NCBI GenBank assembly: GCA_965285935.1
Contig: OZ260665.1
Span: 21,142,001 to 21,206,000 of the forward strand
DNA from: Ophelia neglecta
Lineage: Eukaryota
Reading direction: 5' to 3'
DNA: 64,000 bases
The notes below the pieces were generated by a model. It had not been told where the DNA came from. It searched no databases and saw only the letters and a program-made list of their open reading frames with translations. Positions 1-13,485 of the stretch are shown here, piece after piece. The position numbers and the translations under genes are program-made. Position 1 is the stretch's first letter. Each line of letters starts with the position of its first letter.

Positions 1-1904
1 GCACTGTCGAGTAATCTGTTTAATTTAGTCCTTGAGCAAGAAACGGTTTGCTGATATCAAATAAACCATCAAAACTACAGCTGCCGAAAACCCACAATGA
101 AAACAGTTTCAGGAAAAATGCGCATTGGTATTAGTCTTAAATTACACATGACAAATCACTTGCCTAGCTTTGTTGGAAAAAAAGTTTTAAAAAACCTGAT
201 GATTTATTGTTGCAATTAGCTCTGCTTAGAAGTCCTGAATTCCAAGTTAATGGCCCTTAGAGACGATAAGCTGAGGTGGGAATTACTGGGAGAGGTATTA
301 TACGCACATTAAAATGCAATAAGCTAGCGGTTATTGTTACACTAGCAATCTCGGTATGTAGGTACAGTTATTGGTATGCGTTCAGCACCTCATTTGATTT
401 TAACGACACAATCTGTGTTAATTTCTTGTAAACATGTATTTCATAATTATGTACTATTCATTCACAAAAAGACATTAATTTGGATACTCTATCGATACTG
501 TGATATATGGTGAATACTTTAATTGTATGCAAGAGTAAGCATTTTTATGTATTCAAGCTCCAAGTATAACATACCCATATCGTAAGGGGTTTTCAGACAA
601 GTATTATTAGTGCTTGTTATTTTGTTAGAAAAAGAACTGTTCGAAACGTGCAAGCATTTACACAAATTCACAATGACCGAATTACTTCAATTATAAAAGT
701 AATATAATTTATACATTATGTGATTATCAAATGAAAGTGTTTCATCTCTGAACAGTGAATGTGATATCAGAAATAATTAATCCCTAATGGTTGTCAGATG
801 TAGAACATATACTTATAGTGGAATTAAAAAGTTTACGAAATGTAGTTTATGTATTTTGTTTTGTAAAGTTCAAATAACAATGTGGAACATGCATTGTCTG
901 AGGAAGGATATTGGAAAGATGTATTGATGATCTGAAGAACACCATTCACTGCAACCCATATAAAATCGATTGGTCAGAAAGGTATAAAGATTATTATAAA
1001 GACGATAGGTTTATAATGTGTGCGTGTGTGTCTCATTGTGCTCATTCAGCTTCCAATACATTTTTTTCCTTTAATGCATTGTAACCATGAAATCGGTCAT
1101 GATGTACAATGTGACTTGAACTTTATGACAGGCCTGAAATGAATATTCAATGGCAATTAACTTGCATTTATTAACGTTGTCATAAATTCCCGGCGCACCA
1201 TTAATACTGTTTACTTGTAGTTCTTGTTGCAGGTAAACATCAACTTTAACTTGTTTATGGTTTTTTGTCGAGGGAACCGGATAGACGTTTGTGTGGCGTC
1301 GCTACGAATATCTGGCATGCATCAAGCTCATATAGAATCACATATTTTTATAAATAAACAGGTTTATAGTCCGTTAGATAGGTCAAAATATTGCAATACC
1401 GCGGCTTGATAAGGGTGGTTGTAAACTTTTAATCCATGCAAGGATGTCTTATAAAATCTTCGCATCCCTTTCTGATGCATTGCGTGGCAGCTAATCCGCC
1501 AGTCATGTTGCCCATTACTATCGAGGCTGTGCGACGTATATAGTTACGATTTTTCAGTTCATGATGCCAGATGAAGAGACTTGTCAAATTATACATGTAA
1601 CGAGGTGGCAATTCAATTTGAGCTTGTCGTCATTTCGTTCTGACACACGAGAATCTGTCAGCCAGCCATTTCATTTAGAAGCGTTCCATGATCGACAATG
1701 AACTATGTACAGAAAATAGGGGGCGGATACATGGCAGACGAAGCAAAACGGCCAATCAAGAATAGTTAATAAAATTGGCCCGAAATAAAAAGAAACCACC
1801 AGCCACAGCCCCACATACAAACCTCATATATGTTTAAAAATGTTGAGGCCGTATGAATCTGAGAAACAGGAATAAAAACGAATAAGAAATAAATAATTAT
1901 TTAT

Positions 1905-2125
1905 CGCCGAAAAATAACGAACATTTTTATTACTATAAGCTTTGCAGTGCATAACCATATTTGCTGATTAATCCAATATTGAAGTTTTAATGTCATTGAA
2001 TAAAACAAAAAGAAAAAAATAATTATCAATCGTCGAAAAATAACGAACAGATTTATTGCTTCAGGCTTTGTAGTGCATAACCATATATACTGATGAAGCC
2101 AATATTGAGTTTTAATGATATTGAA
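1905..2125. repeat. Diverged direct duplication (about 95-bp copies, about 125-bp period)
   Basis: 'gaaaaataacgaaca...gctttgcagtgcataaccatat...ccaatattga(a)gttttaatg' occurs at about 1905-2000 and about 2031-2125. Confidence 0.8.
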
Positions 2126-5100
2126 GATGTGCTTAACTTGCGTACCAAAGCATGAAGACGAAATCCGCGGACGGGTTTGATAACCTCTGGCCACAAAAGC
2201 TTTTTCCACTCAAATAGAAATCTGACTGGATCGATAAATAATTGCCTTTGGCCATGATGTCCGACCTTTCGAAGAATCCGTGCGAATGTGTGATTGCTTG
2301 GGATACACAAACATGGTAACGGACTCATGAAGAAAAGACCGGGCGTGGACACCCCGGAGACAACCCACAATCATTATTCAGGAAATTTCCATAAATAATA
2401 TCGGGCCCAGATCACCGGAAACACATGGGATGTGCCTTATAACCCATTGAATATTTCATAAAATGTCAATGGGCAGATAATTAATAATCTCATTTAATAG
2501 TACACACATTTGTTATAAAGCCAAACTCCAAATTGGTTGGAAGTTAATTAAACAGCATGACATAGAGTCTTACAAAACCCATATCATTAAAAGCAGTCAA
2601 TATTGCTCATAACATATAAAAATCCCATTCTTTATTTTTTAAATGCTGTATTCATACTTGTTAGGTTTTTTTAAAGTAAGTCTTCCCTTACATCTAAGGG
2701 GTTGAATGGCTACCATCTTATTAGCACCACTGGCGGGCTCATGTTACATATACATGTGGAATAAATCTACTTCTAGACTTAAACACGTATGCAACGTCAC
2801 CTATTAGAATAACAGTCAATAGGTCAGTCAACTTTACTAACTTTTATAAGCCGTCTGTGCACTGCATCTGTGAACATCGATTAAAATACCATCTTGCTTT
2901 TCAGAAACATCAAACATAGATACAACCTAGGTTAACAGAGTGCAATACACCGGCTAGTTGAACATATTTTGAATACCAAATGGTCAGTTCGAGTTAAATA
3001 CATCTTCTAAAGGCTAGATAATAGTATATCTTCTAATTGCATCAGCGACACGTTGTGAAAAATTTGAATAAAACAAATATCCCATTAGAATTCAGTAACT
3101 CTTTAGACCGCTGGATGATAATATATCAGAATGTATTTTATATTCTAACTGTACGCATTGCTGAATACTTCTAATAGCAAGTGACATTACGTTCTATGTT
3201 TTCAACATATGTGAACATAAAGTGTTTGTAATATAAAAGTCATCTTTGAATTAGCTTCATAGAAGACCAAATGGTGTTTGATCACCCCCAAAAAAGGCAT
3301 AGTAACAGCATTGTTTAAATCTAATTTAAACGGTAATTTTAATTTTGACGGTAGCGTCTGTACCCGATCATTTATACTATAAGTTACATTACACTGACAC
3401 CATTTATGGTTGCGCTACGTGTTAATAAACATACATACATGAACGGGTAAACAGCTTGTAGAAGAACTAAGCATAATTAATCTTAAGTATAAACGGGCAT
3501 AGCCGGCATACTAAAAAAAGAAGATACAAAGAAAAATACGAGATACACAGATACGAAAAAAGTAAATCGGGTTTGTTTGTAACAGGGTGAGTGCTAGGGT
3601 TTTATTTAAAACTATACTGAACATTCCGTGCTTAGACCCAACCCTTGCCATTAAACATGTTCATTAGAATCTAAGTTTTAATTAGTTTGTATCCGGTATT
3701 TTGTATCTGGCATTTTTTATCAGGTTTATCAGGTTTTGGAGTGTAGATAGTCAGGCCCTGGATGAAAGGAGCCCCCAAAATAACACCATGTCATAACAAG
3801 ATCCCGGGGAAGCAATAAGCCGGTGTTTTGCGACAGGGGGGAATGATAAACCAGGATTTCCAGATCATGTGGCTTCAATTTTATCGCCTGCCTGCCTTAT
3901 TTCTTAGGCTTGTAGCAATTTCGACCAAACTACTAAGAAAATGATTCGCCGTTCCCGAGTGTTACTGAAAACACATGGGTCAAGTGGCACTTTGGGCTTC
4001 AACCCGGCTTTTTTCAATGTATTGATCTTGTTTTATGCAATTTTTGCCAATCCCACTGTATTGTGTTGGGGCACAAGAAAGACTGATCCTTTTTATGCAT
4101 GTTACTTGATAATCTTCTGCCTGTAAGTGGGCCATTGAATGATCAAAAGTCAGCATCGGAATCGAACCACACCAATGTTGTTTTGACATACTCGCCCAAT
4201 AGTGATTGACACACGTGACTTTAGGGAAATCACTCATCGGATAAGAAACTTCAACAATGAAGTTCATTGGAGTCATCGAACTTGTCAATTCCACTTGATT
4301 TATTACGTGCTTAACGGCTAACACAAAATTGCTTTTAGGCAACTGTGTTCCAGAAGGCCAATTTTTTGATATTGTAAGAGAAAAAGGAATCAATATCCAA
4401 AAATCCAACTGCAAAGAAGACAAAAAAGTCAGGTGCTTAAGACATTTTTCATCTGACTGGTTACTGTAAACCAGAAAATTTTGACAGCATGAAATTTTTG
4501 TGAACAATATACTGAGATTTATTTGCCAACACCCGCAAAAGCTAGGACCGCCTATTGAAGGATATTTGAATATACTTGCTTATCCCGGTATATACGTGGA
4601 TATACGATTCGGATACGATGCTGTCTTTGCCATTACATGCCCGTTTTTATTTCGTATAAGGGTCATATTTCTGTCGTTTATTTGCATTTCAGAACTGTGT
4701 ATTTTACCTTTTTTTTCGAACAGACTTTTATCTCTGAGTGTAGAACAGAATATTTTACCATTTTGACATGAACTTCACTATTTACCATGTATTTTCGACA
4801 TTAGTTATTGATTATTGTTAGAATGATTTCCACTGGATGGGACCATTTCTTGATTTCACCATATAATTAATGTAATATCTGAAATGCCACACATGCCGGC
4901 GTGGGGGGGGGGGGGCGTTATATCGTACATTCCAAAGAAATTTGTTTAAGTTTGTTGGTAATGGAGAAATTGCCAGTTTGGTCGTCATATATGAAATATT
5001 GTAAAACCGGAAATTGTCCGGAGTACCGGGAGTAGGACGATATTCATTTGCCTATGAAACCTACTTCGCAAAGCACAAGTTTCCTGTTTTTATGAAAACC

Positions 5101-5562
5101 TAGCGGTTTACAGTAGTTAACAGTTTGTTGCACAGTCGAGGTGATAAACTACCATATTTTGAAGCATGCGGGAATCTTTTACGACCCACCCCGGCCTTGT
5201 TTATTGACACAAAGCCGTATACGGTCTCATAATTTTGAGAGTCCTTCGTCCCGCATGGACATTTTGAAAGCATACTCATTCTTTGTCCTACTTTTACCAC
5301 TTAATTGATTCTTTTGTCCTCAACCAATATCCAAGATAGGTAATTTAAACATCATGGGGATTATTGCGTTGGTTATTTGTAAAGAAAATACCAATTCTTC
5401 AGGCCGAACTGAGGACTAACAATTTTGCAAATAATTGCAACATTATTCGCTGCTTTGTCAACTGGAACATAGACAAAGTGCCTATTGGGGAGATATCAAG
5501 GGGAGTTTTACATCTTGATCATCTGGAACTGGAGGAGCAGGTGGCACAATATTATAACTTAT

Positions 5563-5708
5563 AGTGAAAACCACCTCTATTATTAGACCACCTGTCTATT
5601 CAGACCACTAATACGAGGACCGTGATGTATACTTTCAATGTCTAAACAGACCACCTCTGAAATAAGACCAGTAAGTCCATTGGGTGGTCTTAATTCGCAG
5701 GTTTACTG
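5563..5708. mobile_element. Degenerate CAGT/TA-family MITE (Tc1-mariner/pogo-like, family A)
   Basis: 'agtgaaaaccacctctat...gggtggtcttaattcgcaggtttactg|ta' matches the family A copies and carries internal deletions. Confidence 0.8.
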
Positions 5709-6239
5709 TAAGTTTGTTTACCTCAGCTTCATGATTTCAAGCCAATCCAACAGACAAAAATTGTTCTCATCTTCCCGCTCAACCCATTCCAATTCATATA
5801 TCTTCAGTGAAACAAGATTTACTGTTATACAATAATCACCTAAATTGGACAGCTGCTGTACACACAGAATGTTCGACTTTAGTAAATGTTTGTCTAACAT
5901 CACATACATAATACATTAGACACAAAGCTTAATGAAAAACAAGGAAACCTGGAAATATATTTTCATTTTTCGAATATTTTCCTTAAAGACGAAGAGCAGC
6001 GGTCGCTAATTGGTTGAGACATCATTCAAAAATATATCAACAATACATTCCATTAATTATTAAAAAAGTGACAGTTGAATACATCTTTAAAGCTGTACGC
6101 AATCCTTAGTTCCTTACCGGATGATCGCACTTAAAATTTATTTTCGATTCAAATAAAATGTCCTCGAAATCGTACAAGTACATTGTACAAAAAGTTGTGG
6201 TGATTTGAATATATTGATATATTGCCAATCGATTATTCA

Positions 6240-6455
6240 GGCTTTTGATTAAAAGCGGAGGCGCAGAGATAAATTCCCAGACAAGAACAGAGCGCTAGAC
6301 CTATTAAACCTGTTTCTAACCCTTTCCCTTACACTTAAATTAACCCCCAGATATAACCCTTGCCTTGCCGATGATTTTTTGCTTTGTGTTACTCAGAAAT
6401 ATCCATGACCTCCGCCTCCGCAGAGCCTCCGCACTACCGCGTTTAATCAATAGCC
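6240..6455 (-). mobile_element. GG-terminated MITE with 8-bp TSD (family B, Merlin- or MULE-like), reverse orientation
   Basis: Terminal inverted repeats (TIRs) ggcttttgattaaaagcgg / ccgcgtttaatcaatagcc; TSD attattca at 6232-6239 and 6456-6463. Confidence 0.93.
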
Positions 6456-6578
6456 ATTATTCATGGGGATGTATAGCACGTTGAAATCACTTTTTGAAAT
6501 GTTTTATAATGTTCATTGCAAGTGTATGTTCAGCCTTATTCATATAATAACACAATCAATGTTAGTGCAGTTGGGCAC

Positions 6579-6804
6579 GGCTATTGATTAAACGCGGAGG
6601 TGCGGAGGCTATGCGGAGGCGGAGGTCATGAGTATTTCTGAGTGGCATGAAGCAAATAATCGTCAGCAAGGAAAGGGTTAGGACGGAGGGTTAATTTTAG
6701 GGTTAGGGGACGGGTTAGGGACAGGTTTGATAGGCCTAGTGCTCTGTTCTAATTTCGGGATTTACCTCCGCAAGGCTCCGCGCCTCCGCTTTTAATCAAA
6801 AGCC
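6579..6804 (+). mobile_element. GG-terminated MITE with 8-bp TSD (family B), with TTAGGG-rich interior
   Basis: TIRs ggctattgattaaacgcggagg / cctccgcttttaatcaaaagcc; TSD ttgggcac at 6571-6578 and 6805-6812; 226 bp. Confidence 0.95.
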
Positions 6805-7560
6805 TTGGGCACCCAATTAAGTTAGGCCTATGATAGTTGTTTTGGTAAGCCACGTTTTTATTGTACACAATTTTCCAAAACTAGCAGAGTATATCATACC
6901 AATATACCTGCGAAATCAACCTGTAAAAGAAGGAAACAATGTTGGGACAGGATGTCGGACACATAAACGCTATTTCTGAAAGGAAATACCTGGTGTCTGT
7001 AGAGCCTACAACATACAGATATTAAAAAACGGCAGTTTGCGCTTGTTAGTTAGGTAATAAATTGATTTTACGGCTTCTAGGAATATTTGAAAGTACTCTG
7101 TGCCTTCTTGCACAACTCGTAGGTTGTTTAAGAGAATGTCACTTCTACCCTTTCGAATTTCATACGACATTGGAGCATTTACTGCTGATACAGTAAGTGA
7201 TAAGAATCATTGGGAAGTCATGGGCAAATTATTGCTTAGTCCGGTATAAAGTTTTGGGAGTTCCCGGGTCGAAAAGATTCTGGGACTATATTTACTAACC
7301 CAAACCCGACCTTCCGGTCTTCAAACATTGGTCCGGCGGTTGAGATCTTCTTGCACATTTGGCATCCGGGCTCCAAATGCTGGTTTATTATATTCGCTGG
7401 TTATGTAATACGGGTATGTTGGGTTTTAATTACATTAGTTTTGGGTCCTGGGACTTTACAACAGGGGGACCGGTAATCTTATACACCGGTTAGTCCTTTT
7501 ACATATTTTAAGCGAAATTAACCGGGAATCTTCAGGGATCACTGTGCTTAACTTGTTTTG

Positions 7561-7987
7561 TATAGCCCACTCTACGCTTCAGCCCTGGCTTTCTAAAACC
7601 TATTCTACTCTTTTGCCCTAAGGTTCAGACGCAATCTAAGCTTTAGCCCTAGTGTCTATATCCTATGTATGAACCCAATCTCCGCTTTAGCCCTAACGCT
7701 TTATATCCTAGGTATAAACCCAAACTATGCTTTAGCCTTAACGTTATAAGTCCTAGGTATAAACCCAAACTATGCTTTAGCCCTAACGTTATAAGTCCTA
7801 GGTATAAACCCAATCTACGCTTTAGCCCTGACATTCTATATCCTAGTTATAAACCCAAACTACGCTTTAGCCCTAACGTTACATATCCTAGTAATAAACC
7901 CAATCTACGCTTTAGCCCTAACGTTACATATCCTAGGTATAAGCCCAATCTATGCTCTAGCCCTAACGCTCTATATCCTACGTATAG
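7561..7987. repeat. 45-bp minisatellite (about 7 good units plus 2-3 degenerate ones)
   Basis: Unit is about tataaacccaaactatgctttagccctaacgttataagtcctagg. It explains the 15-aa periodicity of ORFs 7665..8153 and 7649..7834. Confidence 0.95.
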
Positions 7988-8035
7988 GAAACACAGTGGT
8001 TACTTTATGATGTTGGCAGGAACTCGCATATCTAA

Positions 8036-8161
8036 AGCCTCAGTCACACCAACGTCCCAGACCGTCCCGGACCACCCCGGACCAGATCCGGGGTGTTCCG
8101 GGGTGTTCCGGGGTTATCCGGGATGGTCCGTGTTGGGTCCGGCTTTCGTGTGACTTATGCT
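8036..8161. mobile_element. PIF/Harbinger (Tourist-like) MITE
   Basis: TIRs agcctcagtcacac / gtgtgacttatgct (12/14 match), TAA on both sides (8033-8035, 8162-8164), and internal ccggggtgtt repeats. Confidence 0.8.
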
Positions 8162-8269
8162 TAAGCTTGATATATCCCTTGTTATAGATGTATTATAGTC
8201 TGCTTCATTAAATCAATCTGTTTCCGTTTGGTTTATGACGCATGCGAGATATATCACACCGCGTGTAAA

Positions 8270-8940
8270 CACATCATCCTGGCTGATGTATTATTGTTAT
8301 ACTCAGACTGACAATAACTAGTTGCTCGGCGAGCAGTTAGTTGTCTCGTTCAGCTGCCTCTGATGGACAGTGGCCCAGTGCTAAATACGAAGTTCCCTGT
8401 CTTATACACTGAAATGTTTTCTATGGATTGACGTGCCCAACTGAGCAAACATAAACATGAAATCTAAGTGTTACTAATTGCATTGGTACGCCCAGAAAGA
8501 AGTCACTTAACCAGTTTTGTTAATAAATATGTGAAGGGAGGTGAGGATGACAGCATGGGAATAATACTTCCGGAAGTCAGCAGTTCGAAATAGTGTCAGA
8601 CATTTAGGTTGGCGCAATTCAGCAATAACAGTAATGTTTAGGGAGCTTCATAAGCAACATTATTATCAAACACATGTAAGTTTCTTTCAACTCGCCACAC
8701 GTAAGTCATTCATTCATCAAACGGATCCTGCTAAAACCATTCAGAGGATCAGCTTCTTGTCAAAGAGAGATATACCAACATGTCTTCTGCCTAACACTCA
8801 ACCTACTTTCAGTCGTTAGTGGTGAGTAATCATACACACTCTTGACATACTGTTTATAGCCTGGAAGGATATGTTTGGATCCTCCAACAACACTGCGTTT
8901 ACCATGAGAAGGACAATGACTATGATATATGGCAGATAGC
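8270..8940 (-). mobile_element. Possible highly decayed LINE fragments
   Basis: Minus-strand peptides 'GGSKHILPGYKQYVKSVYDYSP', 'WLSDFF.GRT' and 'IRQG' resemble non-LTR ORF2 motifs, but the order is scrambled and similarity is weak. Confidence 0.3.
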
Positions 8941-9820
8941 GCGGGGTGGGCGGGGGGGTGTATGCAGTTTCTCAAAATGGTTTTGTTTCAGTCAGAGAAA
9001 ATGATAAAAGATGACATCGTATAAAGACAGCTATATAAACACACCGTTGAAACCTATGCGTTGTAACACATGAGTGCAGGGTATATCTGATCATTGTCTA
9101 CCCAATAGTTGTTGCTAGAATAAAAAATATATTTCAAGGCATTTCGCCGGATCATTGTTCGACAGCTATACGGTGTATCCGTCAAAAATGCCAATCCTAT
9201 GTTGCAAGCGGTCAAGTATCCACGGAATAATTAAGACATCGTAGCAGCCCTCTGCAAAAAACTCGATTCGGAGCTAAGTTTAAGTTACTCAACAAGGTGC
9301 AAATTTTTGCGTCCTGTTTCATATCTTCAAACTGACATTGACCACCATGCAACATAGGAAAAGTTCAGTCATGAACCAGCTGCAAATTTGACAACAGCAT
9401 TGAGTTGCATGTAGGGATAATACACGCATCGTCGAATTGAAATTTGTAACGCTGTTCCAAAGCTCAGATTCACAGCGATACTTATATTGACTTTTGTGCT
9501 CTAATGACTTTTAGTCTGAAAGTTATGAACCAATTTTTCCGGATGTATTCTCTCTTTGCCTATAATAAGGGGAATGGCAATACGGGTTAGCATACAACGA
9601 TGCTACATAGAAAAGACAAGGTGAGTGATCCTTGTTTAAAGAAATTGTGCGCATGCAACGTCCGGGTATTAAAAAAATCAACAGTGCCACATAACGGAGC
9701 ATGAATTGATAGGTACTTTATCACAATATTTTTCAAGGTTTGTGTGGTGAGAACGCGCCATCCGCGAATACTCTAACATAGGTAGGCTCAATGCTGTACT
9801 AAGACTAGGGATGATTATGG

Positions 9821-10048
9821 GTTGTTGTTGTTGTTGTTGTTTGGGGTTTTACGTGGCTTTCAACACTATATGGCCATATCGCCACTGTGCCTACTTGTGA
9901 CAGTGGGCCCAATGCCCTCTTTATAGTGCTGCCTCACTGGAGTACCTGCCGTAGACACCAGACAGGGAACCCCACCCAGTCACATTATACTGACACCGGG
10001 TTGACCAGTCCTGATACTACCCCCGTAATACCGGGACGCCTGGCAGGG
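9821..10048 (-). mobile_element. 5'-truncated tRNA-derived SINE (same family as 49115-49440) with (CAA)n tail
   Basis: The reverse complement aligns with the body and 3' end of the 49.1-kb SINE (gactggtcaacccggtgtcagtataatgtgactggg...gggcccactgtcacaagt); (gtt)n at 9821-9840. Confidence 0.92.
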
Positions 10049-12164
10049 ATACTTCTGGGGTAAATGTGGTTAGCTACTTGGCAAATCTGCGACTTTGCTC
10101 TTAACATTGTCGAGCCGGTGTCGTCAAATACATAATATTCATCCTGGTAAAACACTGTGTAGCCCTTCATCGTAAATAACGGATAACAACAAACCCTTAA
10201 CTGGCGGAACTGTATCATCACGTGATGAAATTCAAACTGTTCAGTAATAGTTCAGTACATGTCAATAAATACAAGAACTCAACCTCATGGAGGCAAAGAG
10301 TTTTCATTGCCTTTAAGGGAGCCGGTCACTCATGTTGCCGCTACACAAATAAATTGATGTTAAAAGGCAAATATACACACACTTAACTCTGTGAAGACCC
10401 AGACGCGATGCAGTTATCCGGAAATAAATAAAACCCAAGGATTTGTCGGATATTATTTATAATAGGTCGTATAGGAACGGTAAAACCCGACTGTAGCTGT
10501 TTGCACTTCTGGGAGATGTAGCCTACATTGAATAAAATAGGCCCTCCACAATTCCTATTGATGTGTCTATGTTTTGTTCAATGAGTTACAAGACTATTTG
10601 TCATCCAGCGATATGTTACGGAAGCAGGCTGACAAAATGGTGTCCATCATCCCTGATTGGTGATTTAGCATCTGACAAGAGGGATGGTTAAAAATGGTAG
10701 TAAATGGCTCGGTGTGCGGAGACAGGCTGACAAAAAAGTGCCAACTATATGATTATCAGTAGCAGAATTCTAATTGTGCTTGGCCGACAAATTAACTTAA
10801 ACAGAATCATGGATTTAGGACTTTGCGATTGGTTTTTATTGCTTTGGAATGACAGATTCAATCGATTTCCCTATCCTAGCCTACTCGTCGAGATCATTTT
10901 AGCAACAACTTTTTATAAGGACGCATCCCACGGCTATTTTTTTAACTGATAGGATGCCCAGGTTGTGGAAAAATAATTTGCTACTAAAACATTTATTTAA
11001 GAGTAAAGAGAATCCGAAATTTGATGCCTATTTCAATTGAGCACATTTTTCCTTATGGCAATCAATTAGCAACCTTCCATACAATCTATTACTTATCATC
11101 ATGATATGAGGGTTTGTATTCCACAGAGTATGCTCAGTATACAAAATATTGCATTTGAACCCACGGCAAGGCGTCAATGTTGTATGTGGAATTATCTGAA
11201 GTCTAATGGATAATCAGAGCGGAGGGTAGCTTAGTGTAATTTGTTACATTTCTCTTCAATTCAACATATTTTTGTCAAGAAGACTATCGTTTATATATAT
11301 CGGTGGTATATAATTGGAACATCGGTGCACCCCTTGACGTGTTTTTATGCAGCATATTGTCCTACTTAGTTCCCCTCTTCTTGCTGACGGTTCCGGATGA
11401 ATTCTGACAGATTTAATAAACCAGTCTGGCTTAAAGATATGGCTTTGTCTGCCTGCCGTATAGCAACTCCTTTTTATCGTATGACTGTTAACCTCTAAAT
11501 CATGCAATCCACCTTGGGGCAGCTGTTTCAAACTGGTGAACTTCGAATCATCACTGGTGGCTTTATGTCTACCCAAGGAGATCGCTCTTTCATGAACTGC
11601 CATCAGCTGTCATCACTAATTTTTATCCAGGTCGATTCAAGTTGAGGTCCACTGCTTACATTGATTTACATGCCAAGTCAGAAAGCCAACCACGAATGTA
11701 CCACAAACAAATCTATGTTTACTTTGCATTATCCATACGTAGTGTGTGACTAGTATCGCGTGATGAAACACAATTAGTCAGAGTTTCCAATATTGCAACA
11801 AATATATGGTTCAATTGTATAAATACAAATAAATGCAGTTCTATCATTTTTAAGTGCCATGTTGTCTAGCATGATCACTGTGTATGTCTAAAGGGATTGC
11901 ACTTTTTGCACTTTTTGCAGTTTTTCCTGGCTAGGTGATCACTGTCCTCTCACCAGAGTCGCCATCGTTTCACTTACACCCAGTCCCATGATCGATGCGG
12001 TCTTATAGAGACTCTATAGGGATGTTTATGGCAGACGAAAATGACTCTTTGCTGAAACCATTATCAATCATGGAGGACAGCTGTTTTGCTGTGGGAGCTT
12101 AAGGTACAACACCATATATCATTGGGGTGACGATACTGTGTCAGTTGTATCGGTGAACCATACA

Positions 12165-12652
12165 CTGGCTTGATTGTGAATTTGTGGGCAGTAGCGAGTT
12201 TAAAAAGCGAGTGGCAAGACAAGCAGGCGAATGGCGAGTTAGTAAAAAAGCGAGAGACGGGATAAAAAGGCTAGTTAATAAGAATGATTGCATAGTGGTA
12301 TAAGGTAATCTTAGGGGAGAGTGTTTCGAGGAGAGGGAGATATTCGGAAAAGAGAGATTGGGGCTTTTGAGAAAGGGGGGGGGGGGGGTATAAACAGGGA
12401 AAGGTCAGGAGGAATGGGTGACAAGGTTGAAGGCGGATGTACATGTATGGGCCTCAGCGAGAAGGGTGGGGCTAGGGGAAACCAGGAGATTAGGCACGCA
12501 CGGCAGGTCACCAGCGGGGCGTACGGCGGCATAAGGGTGAACGAGGGGTGGTTTGAGTCGGGAGAAAACTGGGTCGGGGGGGGGGGGGGGTTGCACGGAG
12601 ATGTAAAACACCACTCGCCACCGGTGGGGGAGTAGGAAATCCTGGAACCTGT
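12165..12652. repeat. Purine/G-rich segment with poly-G runs and (g)gcgagt/actcgcc motifs; possible non-autonomous DNA element
   Basis: Repeated gcgagt at 12194-12240, inverted actcgcca at about 12613, and G-runs near 12375-12388 and 12576-12590. No clean TIR or TSD pair. Confidence 0.35.
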
Positions 12653-13451
12653 AACTGTGCCCGTGTTATTGACGGTGGGCTTATCCATAATATATATCCT
12701 GGTAAATCTAGATAAGGTGATGCCGCAAAACCCTTACAAATCTCAAATATCGTAATAAAGTGCTTATTTAATATCGCAGAACTGGGAAGGAGTCAGGAGA
12801 AATAGCTCCAACACCTGCCCCCCCCCCCCCCCCCCCCCCCCCGTGCAAACGATGAAATTTGTGGACTTAACGCCACTATGCTCTCAAAGCATTTCTCTGG
12901 CAATTCGCCCACATCAAAGAACGAGTTTTCTATTTGTTGACAGGCTTAGTCCTTGTCCAACCCTATAAATATACAAAGAATTGTTAAATGTTTAAGTTTT
13001 GGGCATGTGGTGGCGCCTGCCAGATACCCTTTATGTAGTAGAAAGCCTTCACAAAATAACCACTCACATGTTAGAGTCTTATATTCGAATTGTGGTGACG
13101 CTTTTATCAATAATCTAAGTGTAATTCCTATCGAGTCGTGCAAGAAAAGAATTGGCCGGACATCTGTACATTATGGCTCAAGTAAGTCTCGTCCGAATAA
13201 TGTTATTCAAAAGTTAGCAGGGCCTGTGGGCACACTTGGGCTTTAGGAAGAATACCATTTGACCTCAAGACTTGTTTTCGAGTATATTTTTGAACTTTTC
13301 CCTTTTTTCAAATGCTGCATTTCAACTTATTACGACAGAATAACTTACAGCGTGGCAGCCATCTGTTGTGCGGGGATATTTTCCAACGATTTTGGTCTTG
13401 TTTGTACTGAGACACCTTCCTCTTAAACACCTGCTTCATTTGTCTTCGGAT

Positions 13452-13485
13452 CTGACTCGCATCACGGAAAACTAGTGACTGCTTC
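13452..13485. repeat. Core of an old unclassified interspersed repeat (family C)
   Basis: ctgactcgcatcacggaaaactagtgactgcttc matches the cores at 25728, 30559, 32984, 51430 and (inverted) 50342. Confidence 0.7.

Noticed and set aside
3960-4507. 175-aa minus-strand ORF as a GPCR downstream exon or tyrosine-recombinase (Crypton) remnant
   Set aside because: It has no TM5-TM7 motifs. 'GIGKNCI' and 'KAGL' are too short to support a recombinase call without a search.
5718-5909. Candidate GPCR exon 2 (ag|gtaaac donor-like site)
   Set aside because: The frames I read show no resemblance to ECL2/TM5 of AKH/GnRH receptors.
7561-7987. CRISPR-like regular repeat
   Set aside because: The units are contiguous with no unique spacers, no cas genes are present, and the context is eukaryotic.
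7665-8153. 162-aa repetitive ORF (and 7649..7834 on the minus strand)
   Set aside because: It is a by-product of the stop-free 45-bp minisatellite running into a MITE; no splice or homology support.
12311-12688. Gly-rich and Pro-rich ORFs on both strands (also 22708..22923 and 56568..56790)
   Set aside because: They are explained by poly-G/poly-C low-complexity sequence.
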